Positions 50,664 through 60,524 of a stretch of DNA of 64,000 nt are shown piece by piece. A program made the translations under genes and the position numbers. The stretch's first letter is position 1, and each line of letters opens with the position of its first letter. The notes under the pieces are model-generated. The model had not been told where the DNA came from. It worked only from the letters and a program-made list of their open reading frames with translations, and searched no databases. Source of the stretch: Bdellovibrionales bacterium (GTDB taxonomy: Bacteria > Bdellovibrionota > Bdellovibrionia > Bdellovibrionales > UBA1609). The DNA lies in NCBI GenBank assembly GCA_965219095.1, contig OZ244719.1:96001-160000 (forward strand), written 5' to 3'.

Positions 50664-51442
50664 CAAAAAAGGAGGTCAAAATGAATTGTAATGTTTCAGT
50701 TCAAGATATCAAGCTTTTTTATTATTTACATGCGGTAAAAATAGCTTTAATCGAACAAATAAAAAGAGATGTTTATGCCCATCTAAGAAAAAAAACCCTT
50801 TATACAAAGTTAAGACGTTTAGAAAAAAGAGGCTTTCTTAAAAGTACGACAGTGACAGAAAAAAGAAAAAAAGTCTACTTTTTAAGTAAAGAGGGGTTTT
50901 CTCAAATAGAAGAAAAAGAGAGCCAAAAGCGTAAGGAGCTTAAAAGCGATTCTATAGCTCATGATCTAGGACTTGTTGATATAAGGCATGCTTTTAAAAG
51001 TTGTCCTAGAGTTTTAAAGTACCTTACTGAAAATGAAGCACAAACTTGGAAGCAAGACTCTCTTATGAGCCCTTTTTTAGAAGTCCATTCAGACGCTGTT
51101 ATTAAAGTCTCTTTTCCTAAGGGAAATTTTTATTTAGGTATAGAGTACGAGTGTAGCTACAGGTCAAAAAATCGTCTTCAAAGAGCTTTAAAAAGATACT
51201 ATTCAAAGCCTGAAATCCTAGCTGTTTTGTACATTTTGCTTTCAAAAAGAAGAAGAAATAGCTTAATGGGTGAAGAAAAAAGGCTTTTTTCTGATAGCCC
51301 TTCTAAGATTTTTTATAGTCTGCTTGAGGATTTAATGGCTAAAAATTTAATAAGCTTGGTTAATTCTAGAGGAGAGAAATTGCAGTTTGAAAAAGCAAAA
51401 AACTCTCTTTTAAAAAACAAAAAAGGGAGTAAAAACAAGTGA
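50660..51442 (+). CDS. Replication-relaxation (Replic_Relax-like) protein, probable relaxase
   Basis: N-terminal wHTH (L..LEKRGFL, YFLS.EG), HDL, DA..IEYE..Y; directly after FtsK. Confidence 0.7.
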   Translation: MTKKEVKMNCNVSVQDIKLFYYLHAVKIALIEQIKRDVYAHLRKKTLYTKLRRLEKRGFLKSTTVTEKRKKVYFLSKEGFSQIEEKESQKRKELKSDSIAHDLGLVDIRHAFKSCPRVLKYLTENEAQTWKQDSLMSPFLEVHSDAVIKVSFPKGNFYLGIEYECSYRSKNRLQRALKRYYSKPEILAVLYILLSKRRRNSLMGEEKRLFSDSPSKIFYSLLEDLMAKNLISLVNSRGEKLQFEKAKNSLLKNKKGSKNK

Positions 51443-51654
51443 TGAATTGATGATGAGGATTCCACAGTAAAAAATTATTTTTAGGCTTTATAACCTATTG
51501 AAATTATTTATTTTTCAGCTATCTTTTGCAAATTTAAAAAACCTGCCTGAGTCCCATTTCAACTTTTTAAAAACTCTTAAGCTAAAGTTGGCAAAAAAAT
51601 AAAAAACTATCACTTAAGTTAGAAATTAAAAGAATAAAAAAGAAAGGTTTATTT

Positions 51655-51999
51655 ATGGAAAGAAATAAAGAAAATAAAGACACAAAAAAAGAAGGGATAA
51701 AAGTTAAGAAGAAAGTAGCACGTCTTATTCTTGAAAAACGTACTTTTTTTAAAATAAAAGAGCTTTTAAAAAAAGCTAATAAAAACCCTTATGGTAAGAA
51801 AGTAAAACCAAAAGACCTTGTTCAAAAATCCATCTCTCTTATCACTGATGAACACCTTTTTGAACTAAAAAGTGCAACACTTTCAAATCAAGATCATATA
51901 GATATGAAATTTAAACAGTACCAAAAGCAAAATCCTAAAATTTCAAAAGATGAATTTCTAGGGAAGCTTCTTTGTGGAAAGCTAGGAGCAGAGGATTAA
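51655..51999 (+). CDS. Hypothetical basic protein
   Basis: ORF with SD aaagg; no recognised motif. Confidence 0.65.
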   Translation: MERNKENKDTKKEGIKVKKKVARLILEKRTFFKIKELLKKANKNPYGKKVKPKDLVQKSISLITDEHLFELKSATLSNQDHIDMKFKQYQKQNPKISKDEFLGKLLCGKLGAED

Positions 52000-52049
52000 G
52001 AAGAATGGATTCCATTTCTGATCTTAAACAAACATTTTTGAGGTGTAAG

Positions 52050-53321
52050 ATGAACCACAATAATTATAAAATTTTTCTAGGAGATAGTCTCCAAGTCTTA
52101 AAAACTCTTCCTGATCATTTTATTGATTCTATGGTGATAGACCCCCCTTCTGGGATTGGTTTTTTAAGATTGAAATGGGATAAAAACAGAGGAAGCAAAT
52201 ATAACTGGGTTAAATGGCTTAAAAACCTTATGATAGAGGCTCATAGAGTTTTAAAGCATGGAGCTTACGGGTTTGTGTGGGCTCTACCTAGAACCTCTCA
52301 CTTGACAGCTTGGGCTTTAGAGGAAGCGGGTTTTGAAATAAAAGACATTGTAAGCCATGTCTTTTTTTCTGGCTTTCCTAAAAGTTTAAACCTAGAAATT
52401 GCTATAGATAAGGCTAAATATCTTCATAAAAAAGATATGTATCGTGTAACAGGCTGGATAAGAAAGAGAACAGAGGAGTTGGGTTTAAAACAAAAAGACC
52501 TTAATAAAGTGGCTGGGGTTAAAAACCTTGCCTCTCACTGGATGGCTGATTCATCAAATTCACAGCCTCATATCCCGACCCTAGAAATGTGGAAAAAGCT
52601 AGAAACTGTTTTAGGGAAATGTCCTGAATGGATGGAGTGTTTGATTAAACCCTGTCGTGAAAAAGGTAAATTTTGGAAACAAAGAAAACTCATAGGCCAG
52701 CATAAACACTCAGCTTGGACATTAGGAGAACAAAAATACCTTCCTAAAGAACTAACACGTTCCACTAATCCACAGGCTCTTCAATGGCAAGGTTGGGGGA
52801 CAGCTCTAAAGCCTGCTAATGAACATTGGATTTTAATTCAAAAACCCATCTCTGAACACAACATTGCTTCAAATGTTCTTAAACATAAGACAGGAGGGCT
52901 TAATATAGAGGTTTCAAAGTTTGGTGAAAAAAAGAAGTATCCTTCTAACTTTATTTTAACAAAAGCAGATGAACTAAAGGGAGCTTTTAAGCAAAAAAAA
53001 GACCTTGATAGGTATGTAAAAACTTTTAAGCCCGAAATCCCCTTTTATTACTGTAAAAGAGCCTCTAAGAAAGAAAAAAAAGAGTTTAACACGCATCCCA
53101 CAGCTAAGCCCTTAAACCTTATGAGCTACCTTTGCAAAATGATCACTCCTAAAAACGGAGTCATTCTTGATCCTTTCATGGGAAGTGGTACAACAGGGGT
53201 TTCTTCCCTTAAAGAGGGTTTTCAATTCATAGGCATAGAACAAGACAAGAGCTATTTTGAGATTGCACAAAAGAGGCTGGAAGGCCATAAAAACAGCCTT
53301 CCACTAGATAAGGCTTGTTAA
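52050..53321 (+). CDS. N4/N6 DNA methyltransferase (beta class) with internal XRE-HTH insertion (start approximate)
   Basis: GDSL..LK, DPPS, SGFPKS, WGTALKPA.E, HPTAKP, LDPFMGSGTTG; insert GLKQKDL..VAG....SHW. Confidence 0.85.
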   Translation: MNHNNYKIFLGDSLQVLKTLPDHFIDSMVIDPPSGIGFLRLKWDKNRGSKYNWVKWLKNLMIEAHRVLKHGAYGFVWALPRTSHLTAWALEEAGFEIKDIVSHVFFSGFPKSLNLEIAIDKAKYLHKKDMYRVTGWIRKRTEELGLKQKDLNKVAGVKNLASHWMADSSNSQPHIPTLEMWKKLETVLGKCPEWMECLIKPCREKGKFWKQRKLIGQHKHSAWTLGEQKYLPKELTRSTNPQALQWQGWGTALKPANEHWILIQKPISEHNIASNVLKHKTGGLNIEVSKFGEKKKYPSNFILTKADELKGAFKQKKDLDRYVKTFKPEIPFYYCKRASKKEKKEFNTHPTAKPLNLMSYLCKMITPKNGVILDPFMGSGTTGVSSLKEGFQFIGIEQDKSYFEIAQKRLEGHKNSLPLDKAC

Positions 53322-53597
53322 GGACTAATGGACTGATGAGTCAAAAAGTTCAAAAAAGGAGTGGACTTTCATGATAAACAGAGCTTCTATAGACTTGAAG
53401 TATAAAAAAGCAAGGATAAGAAAGCATAGCACACTTTCCTACCCTCTAAACATACCATACCTAACGCAGGAGGTACAGCATGTCTAATCCTACCTAATAT
53501 CATAGCCTTAAAACTTTTGATAGCCATTAGGCTTCAAAATAAAGCCCTATATTTTATACAACAAGTCCAAATTTTAACCAGAAAGGAGAAATAAATT

Positions 53598-53936
53598 ATG
53601 ATGATTTACAATTTTGAAATCAATAAAGCCTTAAAGAAGGGCTTAGAATCTTTAGAGGGTCTTTGTCCAAAGGTGTGTGAGCTCATACTAGCTCTGAAAG
53701 AGGACTGCACAAATTCCAAAAAAGAAGAAGTACCTCTTTTTGATCTTTTAATTCATTTGATCTTTCTTTCAGAAAGAGAAATGACTTCAAGGTCTTTTAA
53801 GAACTTAGAAACCAAAACAGACCATGATTTAGAAAATTTAGTAAAGTTTTATTCAGATCATTTTTTAATGGATTCTTTTGTCAAAGAAAATTTGATTAGG
53901 GATTTAAAAAAAAGAAAGAAAGAAGAAAGGGAGTAA
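53598..53936 (+). CDS. Hypothetical protein, paralog A of a triplet
   Basis: SD aggag; EEVPLFDLLIHLIFLSERE motif. Confidence 0.7.
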   Translation: MMIYNFEINKALKKGLESLEGLCPKVCELILALKEDCTNSKKEEVPLFDLLIHLIFLSEREMTSRSFKNLETKTDHDLENLVKFYSDHFLMDSFVKENLIRDLKKRKKEERE

Positions 53937-53940
53937 AATC

Positions 53941-54363
53941 ATGTTAATTACTTTAGAAGAATTAAAACAAGATTTAAATGAGTATCAAAAAAAACACCAA
54001 TTTAACCTCCCTGTAAGAGTTCAGGATATGTTAGACACTCTTAAACTTTATATAGAAGAACAGGAAATAGAAGATGTTTCGCTTTCACAGCTTCTTGTGA
54101 TTTTTATTTTTTTAGCAGACGATAAGCCATGTCAGCTTATCTCTGAACTCTTACCATGCCTTGATTCAGATTGTATTTATGGCTTAAATGATGAGTTGTT
54201 CAATTGCTTTTCTTTATTACGAGATTTTCTTAAAAAGGAGGAAACCTTATTGATGTTGCAGAAAGAAGAGGAAGAAGAGGAAGAAGAAGGGGAAGAGGAA
54301 GAGGAAGAGGAAGAAAATGAAGAAAATGAAGAAAATGAAGAAAATGAAGAAAATGAGAAATAA
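53941..54363 (+). CDS. Hypothetical protein, paralog B, with poly-Glu tail
   Basis: EDVSLSQLLVIFIFLADDKP motif; acidic C-terminus. Confidence 0.7.
   Translation: MLITLEELKQDLNEYQKKHQFNLPVRVQDMLDTLKLYIEEQEIEDVSLSQLLVIFIFLADDKPCQLISELLPCLDSDCIYGLNDELFNCFSLLRDFLKKEETLLMLQKEEEEEEEEGEEEEEEEENEENEENEENEENEK
54265..54357 (+). repeat. GAR-rich tract including (gaagaaaat)x5 at 54310-54354
   Basis: Read directly; encodes E-run then EEN repeats. Confidence 0.9.
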
Positions 54364-54369
54364 CTGGAG

Positions 54370-54729
54370 ATGTTTATGAATTTATCAGTCTATAAAGTTA
54401 TAAAATGCCTTTCAAAAGGTCAGAAAATGCTTGACGGCAAAAGTGTAAGGACTTATTTTTTAATGGATGCTTTAAAAAACGAGTATTTAAGAAATTTAAA
54501 AAGCGAAGAAGTAGAACTTTTTGACTTGTTAGTCCATTTAGTTTTCTTTGCAAATAGAGAGCCTGAAAGAATCATTTTAAATTTACTAAAGGTTATAAAT
54601 AGTGAAATGGTTTTTGATTTAGAACCTACAACAATAAGTGAGTCTGCTTATTTTTTGGATGAAGGGTTTAGAAAGGATATGGTTCTCAGTCATTTAAGAA
54701 GGGCGAAGAAAGAAAATATAAAAAAATGA
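54370..54729 (+). CDS. Hypothetical protein, paralog C
   Basis: EEVELFDLLVHLVFFANREP motif. Confidence 0.7.
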   Translation: MFMNLSVYKVIKCLSKGQKMLDGKSVRTYFLMDALKNEYLRNLKSEEVELFDLLVHLVFFANREPERIILNLLKVINSEMVFDLEPTTISESAYFLDEGFRKDMVLSHLRRAKKENIKK

Positions 54730-54771
54730 AAAAACTAAAATACTTTAAAAAAATCATCAAAAGGAGTTTGT

Positions 54772-54981
54772 ATGGAAAAAGCCAAAAAGACTTGTTCCAG
54801 GAAATATCCTATGCTAAACAATATAAAATGGATTGTTTATCCCTTATCGGAGGAAGAAGAAAATGAAAGAATCAAAAAACTCGCAAAACTGTTCTACAGG
54901 TATATGGCGCAAAATAGCCAGAGGAGAAAAGCTAAAAACACCTTTAAACAAACAGAGTTCAAAAAAACTATCGGACTGTAA
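54772..54981 (+). CDS. Small ORF overlapping the LSR 5' end (candidate RDF or true LSR N-terminus)
   Basis: SD aaggag; ends just before the LSR catalytic YIRLS motif. Confidence 0.5.
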   Translation: MEKAKKTCSRKYPMLNNIKWIVYPLSEEEENERIKKLAKLFYRYMAQNSQRRKAKNTFKQTEFKKTIGL

Positions 54982-56604
54982 GTATAAGATCGCTGTTTAC
55001 ATTAGGCTTTCTCCCAGCGATGAGATTAGAGAGGAAGGTTCTCTAGTCTCGCACCCTCAAAGGATTAGAAACTTTATTGAAATGAAAAATAGGTCTGATC
55101 CTACTTGGGGGGAGATCATAGAAACTTATATTGATAAAGACCTTTCAGGAAAGAACATGAATAGGCCTGCTTTTCAAAAAATGTGTAAAGACATAGTTTC
55201 AAGAAAAGTCAATGCTGTTATTGTCACAGAGCTTTCAAGGCTTAGTCGAAGTGTGAAGGACTTTTGCCATTTTTGGGATTTTTTAAAAGAGCATAATGTG
55301 AAGTTTTTTAGTTTGAAAGAAAACTTTGATACTTCAACAGCTATGGGGGAGCTTATGGTCATTCAAGCCATTAGTTTTGCTCAGTTTGAAAGACAGACCA
55401 TTGTGGAAAGAACAAAAAACGGCATACAGGCAAGAGCTGAAAGAGGGCTTTCTAATGGTGGTCAAAGAGCTTTAGGCTATGACTCTCACCCTACAAAAAA
55501 ATGTCATCTTATAGTAAATGAAGAAGAAAAAATCATTGTAAATTTTATTTTTAATAAATTCCTAGAGCTTGGATCTTTATCTAAAACATTAAATTTTTTA
55601 AATAAAAATGGCTACAAAACAAAGTCTTCTGTAAATAAAGGAGGGAAGCAAAGAGGCGGAAGTCGCTGGACACTAACAACCTTGTACACCCTGCTTACAA
55701 ACCTTGTTTATATTGGAAAAAGAGAGTTTAACAAAAGAAATAGAAACAAAAATCAATTAGAGCTAAGCCTTTCTGAAAGATATAAGGTCTATGATAGCCA
55801 ATGGCCTGCTATTGTATCTCAAGAACTATTTAATGAAGTTCAAGAACGTTTAGAAAAGAATAAAAAAGAATTAAGAAAAAGCCATCATTGTTACATTCTT
55901 TCAGGCTTAGCTTATTGTGGGCTTTGTGGTCAAAAACTTTCAGGAGTAGGAGCTAATGGCAACAATAGAAAGTACTTCTATTACTCCCACAAAAGAAAAA
56001 TGTTAACACAGGGAGACAGGCACTTAAAAAAATGTGAATTAGAGAACATCCCCGTTCATAGTCTAGAAGAAGCTGTAAATTTTAGAATTAAAAATCTTGT
56101 GAAAAATAAAGCCTTTCTTTTAGAGCTAGTCAAAAATAACAACATGCAGAATCAGGAGAGACTGAAGAATAACCAAAGTTTAATGAACTCCCATAGAGAA
56201 AGCCTAAAGAAAGTCAATAACGACACACAGGGGCTTACACAGGCCTTAGCAAGAGCTACCAGCAATAAGGCAAGAGATTTTTTGCTCGAACAAATTAACT
56301 CTTTAAATGACAAATCTAGTGAAATTAAACAAGAAGTAGAAAGACTTAAAAACGAAAGAACTTCCTTTAAAGAAACCGTTATCTCAGCTGAAAATGTTTT
56401 TTCAGCCTTACAAATAGTCAATAAAAAATTATCTAAAATAACGCAGTGCCAAAGAAAAGAACTCCTCTCAAACATTATAAAAAAAGTCACAGTCTATAAA
56501 GATAAAATAGCTGTTCAGTACTTTGGATGTACCGATCTTCCATTAAGTAATAACGAACACCAAGCTCATAATGACATGGTCATAGGTTCGTATAATGTTC
56601 GTAT

Positions 56605-56626
<22 letters not shown>
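54833..56626 (+). CDS. Large serine recombinase (integrase)
   Basis: YIRLS, SG.NMNRP.F..M, ELSRLSRS, AQFER, GYD recombinase domain, LSGLAYCGLCG Zn ribbon, coiled coil; runs antisense into the tRNA; start uncertain. Confidence 0.93.
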
Positions 56627-56681
<55 letters not shown>

Positions 56682-56735
56682 TTCAAATGTTACTTAAAAC
56701 TTTTCACATGGTCAAGAAGAAACTATAATATTTCA

Positions 56736-57698
56736 ATGGATCCTCTTTCTCAAGGACTTTTAGGTGCAAGCTTTACTCAATCGGCAACAGCAAGTGTGTC
56801 TGTGAAAAAGAAAAAGAAATTCTTGCAAATTACCCTTATAGGGACTCTTTCCGGTATGGCACCTGATTTAGATGTCCTTATCTTTTCTCTTGAAGATCCT
56901 CTTTTTTCTCTTATCTACCATAGACATTTTACACATTCTTTGTTTTTTGCTCCTATAGGGGCTTTCTTTTTGTGCTTTCTTTTTTCAAAATTTTTCAAAT
57001 CCTTTAGCTTTAAAGAAATCTACTACTATAGCTTTTTAGGAATCATAACCCATGGCTTTCTTGATTCTTGCACAAGTTATGGTACATTACTTTTTTGGCC
57101 TTTTTCAGAACAAAGAATCTCATGGAACGTTATTCCTATTGTTGATCTTCTTTTCACTCTACCTCTTCTTTTTTTTGTTGTGCTAAGTGTAAGGAAAAAT
57201 AATCCCTTCATAGCTAGAATAGGTTTTATAGTAAGTTTACTGGTCCTTTTTTTTGGATGGACTCAAAAGCTTAGGGTGGAAAAAGCACTTTTAGAAGAAG
57301 TTTACACAAGAGCTCATAGCCCTCCCTATATTTATGCTAAACCTTTCTTTTTTCATCTTTTTAAATGGCGGACCATTTATGAACATAGAGGGCATTTCTT
57401 TGTTCAAGGAGTCAAGGTGATACCTTATAAAAAACCTTTTTTTTATAAACTTAAACTCATAAAAAAATTTAATATTTCACAACATCTCAAAGAGTTAAAA
57501 CCTTCTGACAAGCAGCATAAAGATGTGCAAAAATATCTCTGGTTTACTCAAAATTTTATTGGCTATGACCCTAAAAACCCTCATGTTTTAGGTGATTTAC
57601 GGTATAGTCCTTTTCCTTCAGGTACAAAAAGTTTATGGGGGATTAAAGTCGATCCTACTCGTCCTCAATCGCATATAAAACGTATTTCTCTACGTTAG
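56736..57698 (+). CDS. Membrane-bound metal-dependent hydrolase (YdjM-like)
   Basis: MDPLSQ, PDLD, HRHFTHS, H..LD..TSYGT..WPF. Confidence 0.88.
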   Translation: MDPLSQGLLGASFTQSATASVSVKKKKKFLQITLIGTLSGMAPDLDVLIFSLEDPLFSLIYHRHFTHSLFFAPIGAFFLCFLFSKFFKSFSFKEIYYYSFLGIITHGFLDSCTSYGTLLFWPFSEQRISWNVIPIVDLLFTLPLLFFVVLSVRKNNPFIARIGFIVSLLVLFFGWTQKLRVEKALLEEVYTRAHSPPYIYAKPFFFHLFKWRTIYEHRGHFFVQGVKVIPYKKPFFYKLKLIKKFNISQHLKELKPSDKQHKDVQKYLWFTQNFIGYDPKNPHVLGDLRYSPFPSGTKSLWGIKVDPTRPQSHIKRISLR

Positions 57699-57803
57699 TT
57701 AGGGGCTAGACTTTTTAAAAACTTCCCTATATAATTTAATCTAAAGTAATTAAAGAATCTAAAAGAATCTAATAGAATAGAAATAAAAGAAAGGAGTTTT
57801 AAA

Positions 57804-58388
57804 ATGGTTCTAACAGGAAAACAAGCCCCCGATTTTAAAGCAATGACAGCTTTCAAAGGTGATTGCAGGGAAATTTCACTTTCAGATTATAGAGGAAAGA
57901 ATTATGTGATTCTTTTTTTCTACCCTCTTGATTTTACCTTTGTTTGCCCTACAGAGTTACATGCTTTCCAAGAAAAACTCAGTGAGTTTAAAAACCGCTC
58001 AACAGAAGTTTTTTCTTGTTCTGTAGACAGCCACTTTTCACATTTAGCGTGGTTGAACACACCTAAAAACAAAGGTGGAATTGAAGGCATTGAATATGGT
58101 CTTATCTCTGACATAGGAGGTTCCATTGCTGAAGCCTATGATGTGCTTAGCCCTGAGAAAGTAAGTTATAGAGGTCTTTTTCTTATCGACAAAGAGGGTG
58201 TTGTAAGACATCAAGTGGTTAATGATCTCCCTTTAGGCCGTAGCGTTGATGAAGCCCTTAGAATGGTAGATGCTCTTCAACACTATGAAGAAAACGGAGA
58301 AGTCTGCCCTGCGAACTGGCGTAAAGGAGAAGAAGCTATTGAAACAACTCATCAAAGCGTAGGACGTTATTTAGAAAACAAAAAGTGA
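57804..58388 (+). CDS. ahpC: 2-Cys peroxiredoxin (AhpC/TSA)
   Basis: FYPLDFTFVCPTE and GEVCPANW. Confidence 0.93.
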   Translation: MVLTGKQAPDFKAMTAFKGDCREISLSDYRGKNYVILFFYPLDFTFVCPTELHAFQEKLSEFKNRSTEVFSCSVDSHFSHLAWLNTPKNKGGIEGIEYGLISDIGGSIAEAYDVLSPEKVSYRGLFLIDKEGVVRHQVVNDLPLGRSVDEALRMVDALQHYEENGEVCPANWRKGEEAIETTHQSVGRYLENKK

Positions 58389-58413
58389 GTAAAATAAAAG
58401 TTTTTTCAAACTC

Positions 58414-58442
58414 AAAAACCACCTCCTTTGAGGTGGTTTTTT
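58414..58442 (+). terminator. Intrinsic terminator
   Basis: aaaaaccacctc-cttt-gaggtggtttttt after ahpC. Confidence 0.85.
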
Positions 58443-58609
58443 ATTGTAAAAATTGTAAAATTAAAAAAGATCGCCTCCTCAAAAGAATCTGTGGGTTCCC
58501 GGAGGTTCTGGCAGTTTTCCAAGGTTATGATATAAGGCGATTTTTATAGCTTTAGAGGTTCTAAAGCCGTAAGATTTTCTCATAGTGAGTTTTACTTTGT
58601 TGTTTAAAC

Positions 58610-58730
58610 GTAACTCGGTTTTTAAACCTCTCCTAACTTATACTGACTACACTTCTTTCAAAAAAACCCTTTTAAAATCTAAGAAACATCCTCCCCACAG
58701 AAGTCAAGGGCTGTTAAGAAACCGACTTAC
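58610..58730. mobile_element. 121-bp IS66-type MITE
   Basis: Ends gtaactcggttt / aaaccgacttac; 8-bp TSD gtttaaac at 58602-58609 and 58731-58738; absent from the other ISL3 copies. Confidence 0.88.
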
Positions 58731-58817
58731 GTTTAAACCCTCTACAATCCCTGAGGAGAAGGTTTTTTTAGCCTTGAAGTAATTAAGAATAAGTAGCTTA
58801 TGTCTTCGTATGGTTTT

Positions 58818-59211
58818 CCCGACTTCAGCGTTTTCTTTTCAAGAATCTAATGATTTCAAGTAGTTACGCAAAACCGTGATCACTACATTTTAAACGGTGC
58901 CTTATAGGATTTTTATATGATTTTAGGGGTTAAAACTGTATATTGCCCCAAATGTTGAATGGTTTTTTGGATGACTTTATTCTGCACTCTCTTGTTCTCT
59001 ACAATCTGAACTGAAATAGAACTATTCTTTCTTGGAATCTTTTTTACAAACATATTTAAATGTTAAAAGAAATTTCCAGCCTTGAAAAGACCTCAAAAAA
59101 AGATTTCTGACACTACAAATGCACTGTCTGGAAAAATACCCCCCAACTCTGTTCTAAACATAGCTCGCACACTTTTATGAAGTTTTAGTAGTGGAAAACG
59201 CTGAAGTCGGG
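58818..59211 (-). mobile_element. 394-bp internally deleted IS1634-family element
   Basis: Perfect 18-bp IR cccgacttcagcgttttc; 15-bp TSD tcttcgtatggtttt; minus strand MFVKKIPRK..SISVQIVENKRVQNKVIQKTIQHLG. Confidence 0.85.
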
Positions 59212-60524
59212 TCTTCGTATGGTTTTTGCTTCTCTTTTCATAGGTTCAATTTTTGAAAGCATGACTCGTCTCGTCCAACTGTCTATAAATTTACCAGCCC
59301 AAGTTGGTGAAACATAGGTCCATAACTGTCGGAAGTCTTCTTTTAAAAGATAACAGCGGATACTTTTTAAATTGTACTGTATTAAATGCCTTAATTTTAC
59401 TTTTTCATAAGATTTTAAATTTTCTGCATTTTTTAACAAGGGCCATCTAGCTTTTGTTAAAAGGGGTTCATACCCATCTTCTTTCATTTTTTTGTGTTCT
59501 GAAGCTCTCACTTCGTCTAAAGCCTTATTGAGTCTTGCTACGATATGAAACCGATCTAATATATTCAAAGCTTGACTTGCCCTCTCCTTTATTACTTTTA
59601 AATAGGGCTTCCACATATCAGAACACACAACTGTATATCTTTTGACTTCTCTCCTAGTAAATCAAAGAATTTTCTAAAACTCTTTTCTGTTCTTTTTTCT
59701 CCTATCCATAGCAAACGAACACTTTCTTTGCTTATTTCATAGACTAAGGTGAGATACTGATGGTTCTTTTTCCATTGTATTTCATCTACACCTATAGCTT
59801 GTATTCCCTTTAAAACCCTTTGTTTTAAACCATATTCTACGACCCATTCTACCGAAGCATAGACCTGATTCCAACTGACATGAAACTTACAAGAAACCTC
59901 TTTCCAAGACAGGTGACGACACCAGTCAGCTAAGTACTTCATGTAAAAAATTGTTAGGTTTTTCTTCCCATCTGCCCAAGGTAAATACTCAACTTTTACT
60001 CCACAGCAAGGACAATTAACTCTTCTTACAAAATAAACAAAAAACACTCTGTAACTTAAAATAGGAAGGGATTCAAAGTCCCGTGATGATTTACTGCTGT
60101 CATACACTGAACAGGGCTTCTTACAAACACTACAAAAAGCTTGGCCATTTTTACGAGCCTTAATAGGAACATTAATTGACTTTCTATCTTTTGAAAAATA
60201 AATGTCTCCGTATACAAAAGACTTCCATTTTAAACAATCATTTAGTATAGTCTTCAAAAGCATCTCTTCCCTCCTTTTTTTTTTTTTTGAATAACATTTT
60301 AAGGCATCTGGGAAGTAGGTGCTTCTTTTTTAAAATTTTAATGTAATACAGCAAATAAAAGAATGTTTTTGAGTTCAATCACCGGAGGTGATAGAGGCCA
60401 GTAAAGGCCTCAAAGAACTCAAAAATACAAGATAGGATGTCTTACTCTTACTTTGATTAATATGAGCTCTTTTGGGGGATTTCTACTACTTTTTACCCAC
60501 AGATTCCCGGGAGGAGCCAAAAAA

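Larger units (their letters stand above)
58473..60518 (-). mobile_element. ISL3 element copy 3, frameshifted, with two nested insertions
   Basis: Both IRs present; near-TSD aaaagatc / aaaaaatc; ORF pieces 59598-60263 and 59185-59628. Confidence 0.92.

Noticed and set aside
51443..51654. oriT downstream of the relaxase
   Set aside because: Plausible position, but no recognisable nic motif or strong hairpin, so it is not called.
58585..58782. 65-aa ORF across the IS66 MITE
   Set aside because: Chance frame spanning an insertion junction.
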